Part shown: positions 16,579-25,440 of the stretch, piece by piece
Layout: each line of letters starts with the position of its first letter
How positions within the stretch are numbered: the stretch's first letter is position 1
NCBI GenBank assembly: GCA_031404235.1
Contig: JANNHF010000059.1
Coordinates: 1-52,702, forward strand
DNA: 52,702 nucleotides
Source of the DNA: Chloroflexota bacterium
GTDB taxonomy: Bacteria > Chloroflexota > Limnocylindria > P2-11E
Reading direction: 5' to 3'
Translations under genes and position numbers: made by a program
Notes under the pieces: model-generated
What the model saw: only the letters and a program-made list of their open reading frames with translations
The model's database searches: none
Told to the model about the DNA's origin: nothing

Positions 16579-18555
16579 ATGCAAAGCACAAAAGTCCTCG
16601 CACTGGGCATGTCAGCACTCATCTTCTCGTTCGCGGCCGCTACCACGATCGCCAACGCCGTTGCGGGACAGACGATGCGGGTCTCGGTCAGCTCCGGCGG
16701 CGTCCCGGCCAACGGAGCCGTGTCGTCCGGCGTTCTCTCCGCCGACGGCCGATACGTGGTGTTCATGTCGGCCGCCTCGAACCTGGTCAGTGGCGCGGGC
16801 GGCGGACAGGTATATCGCCACGACCGGTCGACCGGCGTGACCGCCCTCGTGAGCGTCGCGACAAATCGTGGCGCCGGCACGGGATTCAGCTTCCAGTCGA
16901 CCGTCTCGGCTGACGGCCGCTACGTGGCCTTCTCCTCTTTCGCGACCGACCTCGTCGATGGCGACACGAACGGCGCTCAGGACGTCTTCGTCCGCGACAT
17001 GGTCGCCGGCACGACGGCACTCGTGAGCACGACCTCATCCGGTGCGCTCGCCAACGGAGGAAGCTCCCTCTCCGGCCTGTCGGGTGCGCGTGAGATCTCG
17101 GACGACGGTCGCTACGTGGCCTTTCTGTCGGCCGCGACCAACCTCGTTCTGGTAGGCAACAACGGCTGGCCACAGGTCTTCGTGAAGGACATGAGCACCG
17201 GCGCCGTCGTTCGCGCGTCCGTCAGCAACGACGGCCAGACCGGCAACGCGGCGAGCCAGGCCCCGGTGATCTCCGGCAACGGTCAGGTCGTCGCGTTCCA
17301 ATCGGCGGCGAGGAATCTCTCGCCTTTGTCCGACACCACGCAGGTTTTCGTCCGCGACCTCATCGCGAGCACGACCACGCTCGAGTCGGCCGGGGCAGCA
17401 GTCGTAGGCGCTCCGTCGACGAATCCCGCACTGTCGTTCGACGGGCGCTATCTCGCGTTCGAGTCGGCGGCCGCGCTACACCCGCGCGATGCGGACAACG
17501 GCACACCGGACATCTTCTTGCGCGACCGGCTGCAGGACACGACCGTGCTCGCCTCACTTTCAGACAACAAGGCCGGCGGCGCATTCAGCCTCAGCCCATC
17601 GATCTCGGGCGACGGTCGCTGGGTCGGCTTCAGCTCACTGGATGATCAGCTGGTCGGGGTCACTTCCGACACGAACGGACTGGTCGACGTCTTCCTCTAT
17701 GACCGCGACAACGAGGCGGTAACGCTCGTGTCGCTCAACGACGACGGCCAGCAGCCGACCGGCGTACATCCCTTTATCGGAAGTGGTGGTGCGTCGGTCT
17801 CCTCCGACGGCCACTTTGTGCTATTCGGATCGAACGCTTCGAGCCTCGTGCCTTCCGCGAGCACCGGCAGCCAGCTGTACGTTCGCAGTCTTGTGTCGAG
17901 CGTTGCCCCCACAGTGAACCTGGCGCCGGCGATCGACCTCCCGTTCTCGCGGAACCTCGACACGCCCGGCACATTCACCGACCCCGACCCACGCGAGAGC
18001 TACACGGCGACGGTCAACTACGGCGACGGCACGGGCACACAAACGCTCGCGCTTGGCCCTTACGACGCGTCACCGCTCGCCGGCGGCTCGTTCGCGCTGC
18101 GGCACACCTACGCCTCTGCCGGTACTTACACGGTGTCCGTGACAGTGACCGACAGCAACGCTGGCTCCACGACGGGGACGATGGTCGTCCGCGTGGGCGC
18201 GTACAGCTACCAGTGGCTTGATCCAATGTCCCGAATGTTCGTCGTAGGCCGGAACCTGCCCGTGAAGTTCACGGTCGACGGTCCGGACGGCTCCTCCGTA
18301 CTCGACCGAAGCGTCCGGGTCGACGTGATCGACGAGTCGGGCGCGGTCGTCGCCGGCCCCTACGTCTTCGGCGAGCAGCCCAGCCGATCCGTCACCTTGA
18401 GCGGCGGCACGTACCACGTGAATGTGGACACGAAGGACGTCGCTCCCGGCATGTACTGGCTGCGGGTGTCGTTCTCGTCTCCGACGCTCAACGGGGAGTT
18501 CACCCTGTCTACGAACGGCACGACCAGCGTGCTGAGGAACCGCGTCCGCGACTAG
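16579..18555 (+). CDS. Secreted PD40 (TolB-like) 7-blade beta-propeller / PKD domain protein
   Basis: The signal peptide is MQSTKVLALGMSALIFSFAAATTIANA. Seven repeats follow of the type S.DGRYVAF.S.A.NLV..D.NG..DVFVRD, then a PKD-like TVNYGDGTG...HTYASAGTYTVSVTVTDS and an Ig-like C-terminal domain. The start at ATG 16579 is downstream of the ORF-track start. Confidence 0.85.
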   Translation: MQSTKVLALGMSALIFSFAAATTIANAVAGQTMRVSVSSGGVPANGAVSSGVLSADGRYVVFMSAASNLVSGAGGGQVYRHDRSTGVTALVSVATNRGAGTGFSFQSTVSADGRYVAFSSFATDLVDGDTNGAQDVFVRDMVAGTTALVSTTSSGALANGGSSLSGLSGAREISDDGRYVAFLSAATNLVLVGNNGWPQVFVKDMSTGAVVRASVSNDGQTGNAASQAPVISGNGQVVAFQSAARNLSPLSDTTQVFVRDLIASTTTLESAGAAVVGAPSTNPALSFDGRYLAFESAAALHPRDADNGTPDIFLRDRLQDTTVLASLSDNKAGGAFSLSPSISGDGRWVGFSSLDDQLVGVTSDTNGLVDVFLYDRDNEAVTLVSLNDDGQQPTGVHPFIGSGGASVSSDGHFVLFGSNASSLVPSASTGSQLYVRSLVSSVAPTVNLAPAIDLPFSRNLDTPGTFTDPDPRESYTATVNYGDGTGTQTLALGPYDASPLAGGSFALRHTYASAGTYTVSVTVTDSNAGSTTGTMVVRVGAYSYQWLDPMSRMFVVGRNLPVKFTVDGPDGSSVLDRSVRVDVIDESGAVVAGPYVFGEQPSRSVTLSGGTYHVNVDTKDVAPGMYWLRVSFSSPTLNGEFTLSTNGTTSVLRNRVRD

Positions 18556-18581
18556 TACTGCCCCCATCGGGGGAGCAATAC

Positions 18582-18609
18582 GGGGGATCGCCGGTAACGG
18601 CGATCCCCC
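18582..18609 (+). terminator. Strong 12-bp hairpin between the two PD40/PKD paralogs (terminator or attenuator candidate, no U-tract)
   Basis: GGGGGATCGCCG-GTAA-CGGCGATCCCCC is a perfect stem. It lies 27 nt after the gene 1 stop and 15 nt before the gene 2 ATG. Confidence 0.4.
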
Positions 18610-18624
18610 TGTTAATTACCGGCT

Positions 18625-20892
18625 ATGAAGACGACACGTACGCGCACATTCACCATGGCGGTCCTCGCGGGAGCACTTGCCTTCTCCAACGTCGCGTCGG
18701 CGTTCGCGGCCGCGGCCAGCGATCCACGCACGACCCGCGTGTCCGTGAGCTCCACAGGCACCCCGGCGGTCGGAACGGTCCTACCCGGCGTGATGTCCGC
18801 GAACGGCCGCTACGTCGTCTTCACCTCCACCGCATCCAATCTCGTCGGTGTGACGGGAACGCACGTCTACCGCCGCGATCGGAACAGCGGCGCGACGGTG
18901 CTCGTCACGTTCGCCAAGTCCGGCGTCCCGAGCGTGGCCGGCGGCTTCGCGCCGACGGTCTCGGCCGATGGCCGCTTCGTCGCGTTCACATCGACGGGCA
19001 GCGACTTCGTCGACGGTGACACCAACGGGACGCTCGACGTCTTCCTCCGCGACATGAACACCGGCACGACCGCGATGGTCAGTGCCTCGCAGACCGGCGT
19101 GCCGGGCAACCTCAGCAGCGGACTCAACAGCGCCTCAAGTGCGCGCGAGGTATCCGACGATGGACGCTACGTCGCGTTCACGTCGAACGCGACCAACCTG
19201 CTCCCGACCTCGAATGGCGGCAAGCAGCAGGTCTACGTCAAGGACATGCTGACCGGCGTAGTCACTCGAGCATCGGTCGACGCGTCGGACGCGGCGGGTA
19301 ACGACACGAGCTCGGCGCCCGCGCTCTCCGGCAACGGCCGGGTCGTCGCCTTCGTCTCCCTTGCCGCGAACTTTTCGCCGCTCTCGACCTCGCACACGTC
19401 GCAGCTGTTCGTGCGCGATCTCGAGGCGGGAACAACGACACTCCAATCGGTCTCGACGACCGGTGTGCCAGTACTGTCGCGGCCTGCCTCCGCGCCGGCG
19501 CTCTCGTTCGACGGGCGCTACGTGGCGTTCGAATCGCAGGCACAGCTCGAGCCGCGGGACCGCGACATCGGCACCTACGACGTCTTCCTGCGCGACCGCG
19601 GGCTTGGCACCACGACCCTGGCGTCGCTCTCAGCGAACGCGTTCGCCGGCCCTGACAGCCGCGCTCCGTCGATCTCGGCCGATGGCCGCTGGGTCGGATT
19701 CCACTCGCTCGACAACCTGCTCGCCCCCGGCGACGTGAACGGCATGTTCGATGTGTTCCTCTACGACCGCTCGACGGAGGGCGTCACATTGGTGTCGCTC
19801 AACGACGCGGGCCAGCAGGCGAACGCGCCGAGCACGAGCGCGTCGGTGTCGTCAGACGGCCGTCTCGTACTCCTGATGTCGTCTGCCTCGAACCTCGTGA
19901 CCTCGCCTTCGAGCACCGGCTCGCAGCTGTACGCGCGCGACATGCGCACCAACGAAGCGCCGGTGGTCGCGCTTGGTACCGACCAGAGCCTCGCTGAGGG
20001 CGTCACGCTCTCGCGCGTGGCGAGCTTCAGCGACGACGACGCGTCCACCTCGTGGACCGGGAGCGTCAACTACGGCGATGGCTCGGCCACCGCACCGCTC
20101 GCGTTCGCCGCGGGCAAGACGTTCACCCTCGAGCATCTCTTCGAGCCGGGCAGCTACGTCGTGAGCGTCGCGGTGACGGATGACGCAGGCGCGAACGGCA
20201 CCGGCTCCTTCCGCGTGACCGTCACCAACGTCGCGCCCACAGTGAATCTCGGCGGCTCCGTCGACCTGACCTTCGACTCGACGCTTCACCGAGCCGGCAC
20301 CTTCAGCGATCCCGGAACGACCGAGACCTACTGGGCGACCGTCAACTACGGCGACGGCTCAGGCGGCATGGCGCTCGCGCTCACCGGTAAGTCCTTCGTG
20401 CTCGACCACGCGTACGCAACGGCTGGTACGTACACCGTCACCGTGAGCGTCACGGACAGCGAAGGCGACAGCGGCTCGGCGAATCTCACGGTCAACGTTC
20501 GCAAGTACAGCTTCCAGTGGCACGAGCCCGTCGAGAGCTCGTTCACCGTCGGCCGGCTGCTGCCGGTGAAGTTCTCCGTCTTGCGCGGCGACGGCACGCC
20601 GGTGTTCGACTCGACCGTCCGCGTGGACGTGCTCGATGCGTCGGGCGCCGTGCTCACCGGGTACATCTACAGCGCCAACCCGACCGGTTCGGTCACCTGG
20701 AACGGCAGTGCCTACCACGTGAACGTCGACACCCGCGGGTTCGCCCCAGGCGACTACACGCTCCGAGTCAGCTTCTCGTCGCCGACGCTCACCGGTTCGT
20801 TCGCGAAGCAGACGACCGTGACCGCTGACGCGGCGAGCTCGTCGAACGGCAAGGACAAGGACAAGTCCGACAAGGACAAGAAGGACAAATAA
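18625..20892 (+). CDS. Secreted PD40 7-blade beta-propeller / double PKD domain protein with Lys/Asp-rich tail (paralog of 16579-18555)
   Basis: It has a signal peptide (MAVLAGALAFSNVASAFAAAAS), seven PD40-type repeats, two PKD-like modules (SVNYGDGSAT..., TVNYGDGSGG...YATAGTYTVTVSVTDS) and the same Ig-like C-terminal domain as the paralog. The tail is NGKDKDKSDKDKKDK. Confidence 0.85.
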   Translation: MKTTRTRTFTMAVLAGALAFSNVASAFAAAASDPRTTRVSVSSTGTPAVGTVLPGVMSANGRYVVFTSTASNLVGVTGTHVYRRDRNSGATVLVTFAKSGVPSVAGGFAPTVSADGRFVAFTSTGSDFVDGDTNGTLDVFLRDMNTGTTAMVSASQTGVPGNLSSGLNSASSAREVSDDGRYVAFTSNATNLLPTSNGGKQQVYVKDMLTGVVTRASVDASDAAGNDTSSAPALSGNGRVVAFVSLAANFSPLSTSHTSQLFVRDLEAGTTTLQSVSTTGVPVLSRPASAPALSFDGRYVAFESQAQLEPRDRDIGTYDVFLRDRGLGTTTLASLSANAFAGPDSRAPSISADGRWVGFHSLDNLLAPGDVNGMFDVFLYDRSTEGVTLVSLNDAGQQANAPSTSASVSSDGRLVLLMSSASNLVTSPSSTGSQLYARDMRTNEAPVVALGTDQSLAEGVTLSRVASFSDDDASTSWTGSVNYGDGSATAPLAFAAGKTFTLEHLFEPGSYVVSVAVTDDAGANGTGSFRVTVTNVAPTVNLGGSVDLTFDSTLHRAGTFSDPGTTETYWATVNYGDGSGGMALALTGKSFVLDHAYATAGTYTVTVSVTDSEGDSGSANLTVNVRKYSFQWHEPVESSFTVGRLLPVKFSVLRGDGTPVFDSTVRVDVLDASGAVLTGYIYSANPTGSVTWNGSAYHVNVDTRGFAPGDYTLRVSFSSPTLTGSFAKQTTVTADAASSSNGKDKDKSDKDKKDK

Positions 20893-20895
20893 CCC

Positions 20896-21957
20896 CTAGG
20901 CGGTAAGGGCCGGCGCCCTCGTCTTCGAGAGCACGGCCCTCGCGATCTCGAGCGCAGCGTCGATGTCGGGCGCCGTCACGTCGTTGTGCGTGACCGCGCG
21001 CAGCCGCGGCGAGTTGCCCAGGTAGCGAGAGATGCGCAGACCGCGCTCGGCGCAGGCCTTCTGGAAGGCACCGGTCTCCATCCAGGCGGGATCGATCTCG
21101 AACGACACGATGTTCGTGACCACTCTCGCCGCGTCGATCTTCACGCCGGCGATCTGGGCCAGACCTTGCGCGAGCGCCTTCGCGTTGCGGTGGTCCTCCA
21201 CCAGGCGGTCCCGCATCTCCTCGAGCGCGACGAGCGCGGCCGCGGCGATGACGCCGGCCTGGCGCATCGCGCCACCGAGCAGCTTGCGCACCCGGCGCGC
21301 CTTTGCGATGGTCTCGCCGTCGCCGCAGACGATCGAGCCGACCGGCGCGGCGAGGCCTTTGGAGAAGCAGAACTGCACCGTGTCGACGCCCTGCGTCAGC
21401 GTCCTCGCGTCGACGCCCAGGGCCGCGGCGGCGTTGAAGATCCGGGCGCCGTCGAGGTGCACGCGGATGCCGCGCTGGTGCGCGAAGTCGCCGACCGCGT
21501 TCGTCTGCGCGGCGGTGATGACCGATCCGCCGCAGTTGTTGTGCGAGTTCTCGATGCAGATCAGTGCGGTGCGCGCATGCATGCCCTGGGGCCGGATCGC
21601 GGTCTTGATGTCGTCGAGCGACGGCATGCCGTCGCGATTCGGGACCAGGCGCGGCACGATGCCGCCCAGGACGAACGCCGCGTCCATCTCGTTCTGGTAG
21701 ATGTGCGCCAGGTCGCCGAGGATCACCTCGTCGCCGCGCTGCGTCTGCGATAGGACACCACAGAGATTGCCCATCATCCCGCTCGCGACGTACAGGCCGG
21801 CTTCTTTGCCGACGGATTCGGCCGCGCGCTTCTCGAGCTTGTTCACGGTCGGGTCTTCGCCGTACTGGTCGTCGCCGACCTCGGCCTCGGCCATCGCGAG
21901 GCGCATCGCCGGCGTCGGCTTGGTAAAGGTGTCGCTGCGCAGCTCGATGATCTTCAT
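20896..21957 (-). CDS. ltaE: Low-specificity L-threonine aldolase
   Basis: The segments MKIIELRSDTFTKPTPAMRLAMAEAEVGDDQYGEDPTVNKLE and FCFSKGLAAPVGS (PLP lysine context) are typical of LtaE/GLY1. The ATG at 21957 overlaps the upstream stop (ATGA). Confidence 0.9.
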   Translation of the reverse strand: MKIIELRSDTFTKPTPAMRLAMAEAEVGDDQYGEDPTVNKLEKRAAESVGKEAGLYVASGMMGNLCGVLSQTQRGDEVILGDLAHIYQNEMDAAFVLGGIVPRLVPNRDGMPSLDDIKTAIRPQGMHARTALICIENSHNNCGGSVITAAQTNAVGDFAHQRGIRVHLDGARIFNAAAALGVDARTLTQGVDTVQFCFSKGLAAPVGSIVCGDGETIAKARRVRKLLGGAMRQAGVIAAAALVALEEMRDRLVEDHRNAKALAQGLAQIAGVKIDAARVVTNIVSFEIDPAWMETGAFQKACAERGLRISRYLGNSPRLRAVTHNDVTAPDIDAALEIARAVLSKTRAPALTA

Positions 21958-22703
21958 AGGGCGAGCGCCTCCTTGATGCGAACCACCGCCGCCACGAGGA
22001 GCGGCGCCACGAGGATCGCGGGCAGGTAGTCCGCGACCTTCACGTCGCGGATGCTGAGAAGTTTGAGACCCACGCCGATGATGAGCAAGCCGCCGACGGC
22101 GCTCATCTCGCGGAGCTGAAGGTCGGAGAGCACGCCAGAGAAAACGGACGCGCCGACGGCCAGGCCGCCTTGATACAGGAGGATGAGCGGGATGGTGAGG
22201 AGCACGCCCCACCCGAGCGTCGCCGCGAGCGCGATCGCGGTGAAGCCGTCCAGCACGCTCTTGATCGCCAGCAGGCTGGCATCGCCGGTGAGGCCGTTCT
22301 GGATCGAGCCCAGGAACGTGAGCGGGCCGACGCAGAACACGATCGACGCGGTCACGAACGCTTCGGCCACGGTGCCGCCGCCACCGCGCGCCGCGAAGCG
22401 ACGCTGTAACGCGGCGCCGAGGTCGTTCAGGCGCCGGTCCACGCCCCACAGCGATCCGATGACGCCGCCGAGCAGGATGCTGCCCAGCATGTAGAGGAGA
22501 TTCGAGGTGTCGATCGCGAACTTCGTGCCCATGGCCAAGGTAAACAGCCCGACGCCGCGCACGACGTTCTCGCGGATGCGCTCGGGGAGCCGGTCGCCGA
22601 GGACCGTACCGAGCAGTCCGCCCACGAGCACGGTGAGGACGTTGAGGAGCGTCCCCGAGAGCGCCGACAAGTCTGCGTAGTATGCGAGTCCCAATGCGCG
22701 CAT
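21954..22703 (-). CDS. DUF554 family membrane protein
   Basis: It is an all-TM protein. The segments GTLLNVLTVLVGGLLG, CVGPLTFLGSIQNGLTGD and SVLDGFTAIALAATLGWGV resemble YdfK/YqgA-type DUF554 proteins. The exact start is uncertain because the 5' end overlaps that of the divergent NUDIX gene. Confidence 0.65.
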   Translation of the reverse strand: MRALGLAYYADLSALSGTLLNVLTVLVGGLLGTVLGDRLPERIRENVVRGVGLFTLAMGTKFAIDTSNLLYMLGSILLGGVIGSLWGVDRRLNDLGAALQRRFAARGGGGTVAEAFVTASIVFCVGPLTFLGSIQNGLTGDASLLAIKSVLDGFTAIALAATLGWGVLLTIPLILLYQGGLAVGASVFSGVLSDLQLREMSAVGGLLIIGVGLKLLSIRDVKVADYLPAILVAPLLVAAVVRIKEALAL

Positions 22704-23296
22704 CGGAGCAGCTTCGTTTCTGGGCTCACGAGCTCGCGGCCATGGCGAAAGCAGGACTCGAGTTCGCGGAGAACGGCTACGACCGTGATCGGTATGAAAG
22801 GACGATGTCGATCGCCGAAGGGATCGCCGCGATGACGATCGACGCGACGTTCACCCCCGAACGTCCGTATCTCGCCGACGTCCACATCCCGAGCCCGAAG
22901 GTCGGCTGCTCCGTCGCCGCGTTCGACGACGTCGGTCGCGTGGTGCTTATCAAGCGCGCGGACAACGGACGCTGGGCGCTGCCCGGCGGCTATGCCGAGG
23001 TCGGATCGCCGCCGTCGGCCAACGCGCTGCGCGAGCTCCACGAGGAAACGGGCTTCGACGCGGAGCTGGAGCGCCTCGTCGGCGTGTACGACAACAAGAG
23101 CTTCGGCAGCGTCGCGCCGCACCACTTTTACATCTGCTGCTTCCGGGCGCGGGTCACCGGCGGTAAGGCCACGCCGTCCGTCGAGACGACGGAGGTCGTC
23201 CTCACCGATCCCGAGGCACTCCCGGAGGACATGTCGGTGCTGCAGCGCACGATGCTTGTGGACTCGCTGGGTGGTGCGCCGGCGGTGTACCAGTGA
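22682..23296 (+). CDS. NUDIX hydrolase with N-terminal NUDIX-associated helical domain
   Basis: The NUDIX box is GGYAEVGSPPSANALRELHEETGF. The N-terminal LRFWAHELAAMAKAGLEFAENGYDRDRYE matches the typical N-terminal domain. The start is 22682 or 22694. Confidence 0.85.
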   Translation: MRVPMRASEQLRFWAHELAAMAKAGLEFAENGYDRDRYERTMSIAEGIAAMTIDATFTPERPYLADVHIPSPKVGCSVAAFDDVGRVVLIKRADNGRWALPGGYAEVGSPPSANALRELHEETGFDAELERLVGVYDNKSFGSVAPHHFYICCFRARVTGGKATPSVETTEVVLTDPEALPEDMSVLQRTMLVDSLGGAPAVYQ

Positions 23297-24240
23297 CGAA
23301 GATCGCGGTCTGGTCCGCATTCGGCGGCATGGCGACGGATCTTCCGAAGCTGTTGGCGGATGACGACGTCGCCGTGCCGAAGGACGATTCGGAGCTCGCG
23401 GCTGCCGTCGACGCGGAATGCGCGATCGGCACCAACAACGGCTCGCGCGTCCGAAAGCTGCTCGACGCGGCCCCGCAGCTGCGCTGGTACCACTCCGTCG
23501 GCGCAGGCGTCGAGGACCTGATCGGCGTGCGCGAGTTCCGCGAGCGGGGCATCGCGCTCACGAACAACAGCGGCTCGTACGACATCCAGATCGCCGAGCA
23601 CGCCCTGGCGTTCATCCTCGCCGGCGCGAAGCGGCTGCACGTCTACCGCGATCAGCAGGCGCGGCGGAACTGGAAGGAGCACCGGCAGGACGAGCTGCGT
23701 GGTTCGACGCTCGTCGTGTACGGGATCGGCAGCATCGGGGCGGAGATCGCGCGCCTGGGATCAGCTCTGGGCATGCGAGTCATCGGCGTGCGCCGCCGCG
23801 TCGAACCTGTTGCGAGCGTGGAGCGCATCGTGCCGCCCGAGCTCCTGGAGGACGTGGCGGCAGAGGCCGACTACCTTGCCATCGCGGCGCCGCTCACGCG
23901 CGCGACTCGCGGCGCTATCTCGCGCGACGTGATCGGCCGGATGAAGAAGACCGCGTGGATCGTGAACATCGCACGTGGCGCGATCGTTGATGAGGACGCG
24001 CTTGTCGACGCGCTTCGTTCCGGACGGCTCGGCGGAGCGGGCCTCGACGCGCTCACCACCGAGCCGCTGCCAGCGGATCATCCGCTCTGGACGCTGGAGA
24101 ACGTGATGATCAGCCCGCACTCCTCGAATTCGTCGCCCCGCGTCCGCGAGCGCACCATCGCGCTCTTCGTCGAGAACCTCCGTCGCTTCAAGGCAGGCGA
24201 AGACCTGCTTAACCGCGTCGACTTCGAGGCTGGGTACTAG
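23293..24240 (+). CDS. D-isomer specific 2-hydroxyacid dehydrogenase family, NAD-binding
   Basis: It has the Rossmann motif VYGIGSIGAEIARL, the NIARG motif and the catalytic-region ISPHSS. The GTG at 23293 overlaps the NUDIX stop. Confidence 0.85.
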   Translation: MTKIAVWSAFGGMATDLPKLLADDDVAVPKDDSELAAAVDAECAIGTNNGSRVRKLLDAAPQLRWYHSVGAGVEDLIGVREFRERGIALTNNSGSYDIQIAEHALAFILAGAKRLHVYRDQQARRNWKEHRQDELRGSTLVVYGIGSIGAEIARLGSALGMRVIGVRRRVEPVASVERIVPPELLEDVAAEADYLAIAAPLTRATRGAISRDVIGRMKKTAWIVNIARGAIVDEDALVDALRSGRLGGAGLDALTTEPLPADHPLWTLENVMISPHSSNSSPRVRERTIALFVENLRRFKAGEDLLNRVDFEAGY

Positions 24241-25427
24241 TGCGCACCTCGCGCGTGAAGCTCGCCGCGCGTACCTCCGGCTTCACCGAGTCGGTCATCC
24301 GCGAGATGACCCGTCTCAACGCGGTCCACGGCGGCATCAACCTCGCGCAGGGCTTCCCGAACTTCGCCGCGCCTCAGGCGCTCAAGGACGCCGCGAAGCG
24401 CGCGATAGACGCGGACATCAATCAGTACGCGATCACCTGGGGGGCGAAGTCGCTGCGCGATGCCCTCTCGCGCACCTACGCCGAGCTGTACGGAATGAAT
24501 GTGGACCCCGAGACGATGCTGACGGTGACCTGCGGAGCGACCGAGGCGATGATCTCGACGCTGCTCGCGCTCGTCGACCCCGGCGACGAGGTGATCGTGC
24601 TCGAGCCGTTCTACGAGAACTACGGTCCGGACGCCGACATCGCCGGCGCGCGCCCGGTGTACGTTCCGCTGCGGCCCCCGGAGAACGTCTTCGACCGCGA
24701 CGAGCTGCGGAAGGCGTTCGGCCCGCGGACGAAGGCGATCATCGTGAACACGCCGAACAACCCGACCGGCCGCGTGTTCACGCGCGATGAGCTGTCGTTC
24801 ATCGCGTCGCTGTGCATCGAGCACGACGTCGTCGCGGTTACCGACGAGATCTACGAGCACATCCGCTACGAGGGCGAGCACATCCCGATGGCGACGCTGC
24901 CCGGCATGTCCGAGCGCACCGTGACGATCTCCGGCGCGAGCAAGACGTTCTCGGTCACGGGCTGGCGCGTCGGTTGGATCGTCGCGCCCCCCGAGCTCAC
25001 GGCTGGGATCCGCAAAGTGCACGACTTCGTCACCGTGGGCGCGCCCGCGCCGCTGCAGGAGGCGGTCGCCACCGGACTGGGGCTTGGTCGTTCGTACTAC
25101 GACTCGCTCGCCACCGGATACCGCAAGCGGCGCGACCTCCTTGTCGGAGCGCTGGAAACGGCCGGATTCTCGCCGCGGAAGCCAGAGGGCGCGTATTACG
25201 TCCTCTGCGACATCACGCCGTTCGGCTTCGACGACGACACCAAGTTCGCGCGCTGGCTCGTGTCAGAGGTAGGCGTCGCCGGCGTGCCAGGGTCCTCCTT
25301 CTATTCAGAGCCGGCCCTCGGAAGACACCTCATCCGCTTCACGTTCTGCAAGACGCACGACGTGCTCGAGGCCGCCGCCGAGCGCCTGCTACGAACGCGG
25401 GAGCTCGCGGCTGAACGAGCTCGCTGA
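24240..25427 (+). CDS. Class I/II PLP-dependent aminotransferase (kynurenine/methionine aminotransferase-like)
   Basis: It has INLAQGFPNF, NTPNNPTG and SGASKTFSVTGWRVGW (PLP lysine). The start is a GTG. Confidence 0.9.
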   Translation: MRTSRVKLAARTSGFTESVIREMTRLNAVHGGINLAQGFPNFAAPQALKDAAKRAIDADINQYAITWGAKSLRDALSRTYAELYGMNVDPETMLTVTCGATEAMISTLLALVDPGDEVIVLEPFYENYGPDADIAGARPVYVPLRPPENVFDRDELRKAFGPRTKAIIVNTPNNPTGRVFTRDELSFIASLCIEHDVVAVTDEIYEHIRYEGEHIPMATLPGMSERTVTISGASKTFSVTGWRVGWIVAPPELTAGIRKVHDFVTVGAPAPLQEAVATGLGLGRSYYDSLATGYRKRRDLLVGALETAGFSPRKPEGAYYVLCDITPFGFDDDTKFARWLVSEVGVAGVPGSSFYSEPALGRHLIRFTFCKTHDVLEAAAERLLRTRELAAERAR

Positions 25428-25440
25428 CGGAGCGATCGCG

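Noticed and set aside
16329-16880. N-terminal 184-aa extension of the 837-aa ORF (TadG-like gene).
   Set aside because: The extension is Arg/Pro/Cys-rich and non-protein-like, and it would run through the divergent promoter/leader region and into the first PD40/PKD gene. The TadG-type hydrophobic N-terminus begins right after the GTG at 16328.
22682-22703. 22-nt 5'-5' overlap of the DUF554 and NUDIX genes as a real bidirectional overlap.
   Set aside because: It is more likely that one or both genes use a downstream start (ATG 22694 for NUDIX, or an internal start for DUF554). This cannot be resolved from sequence alone.
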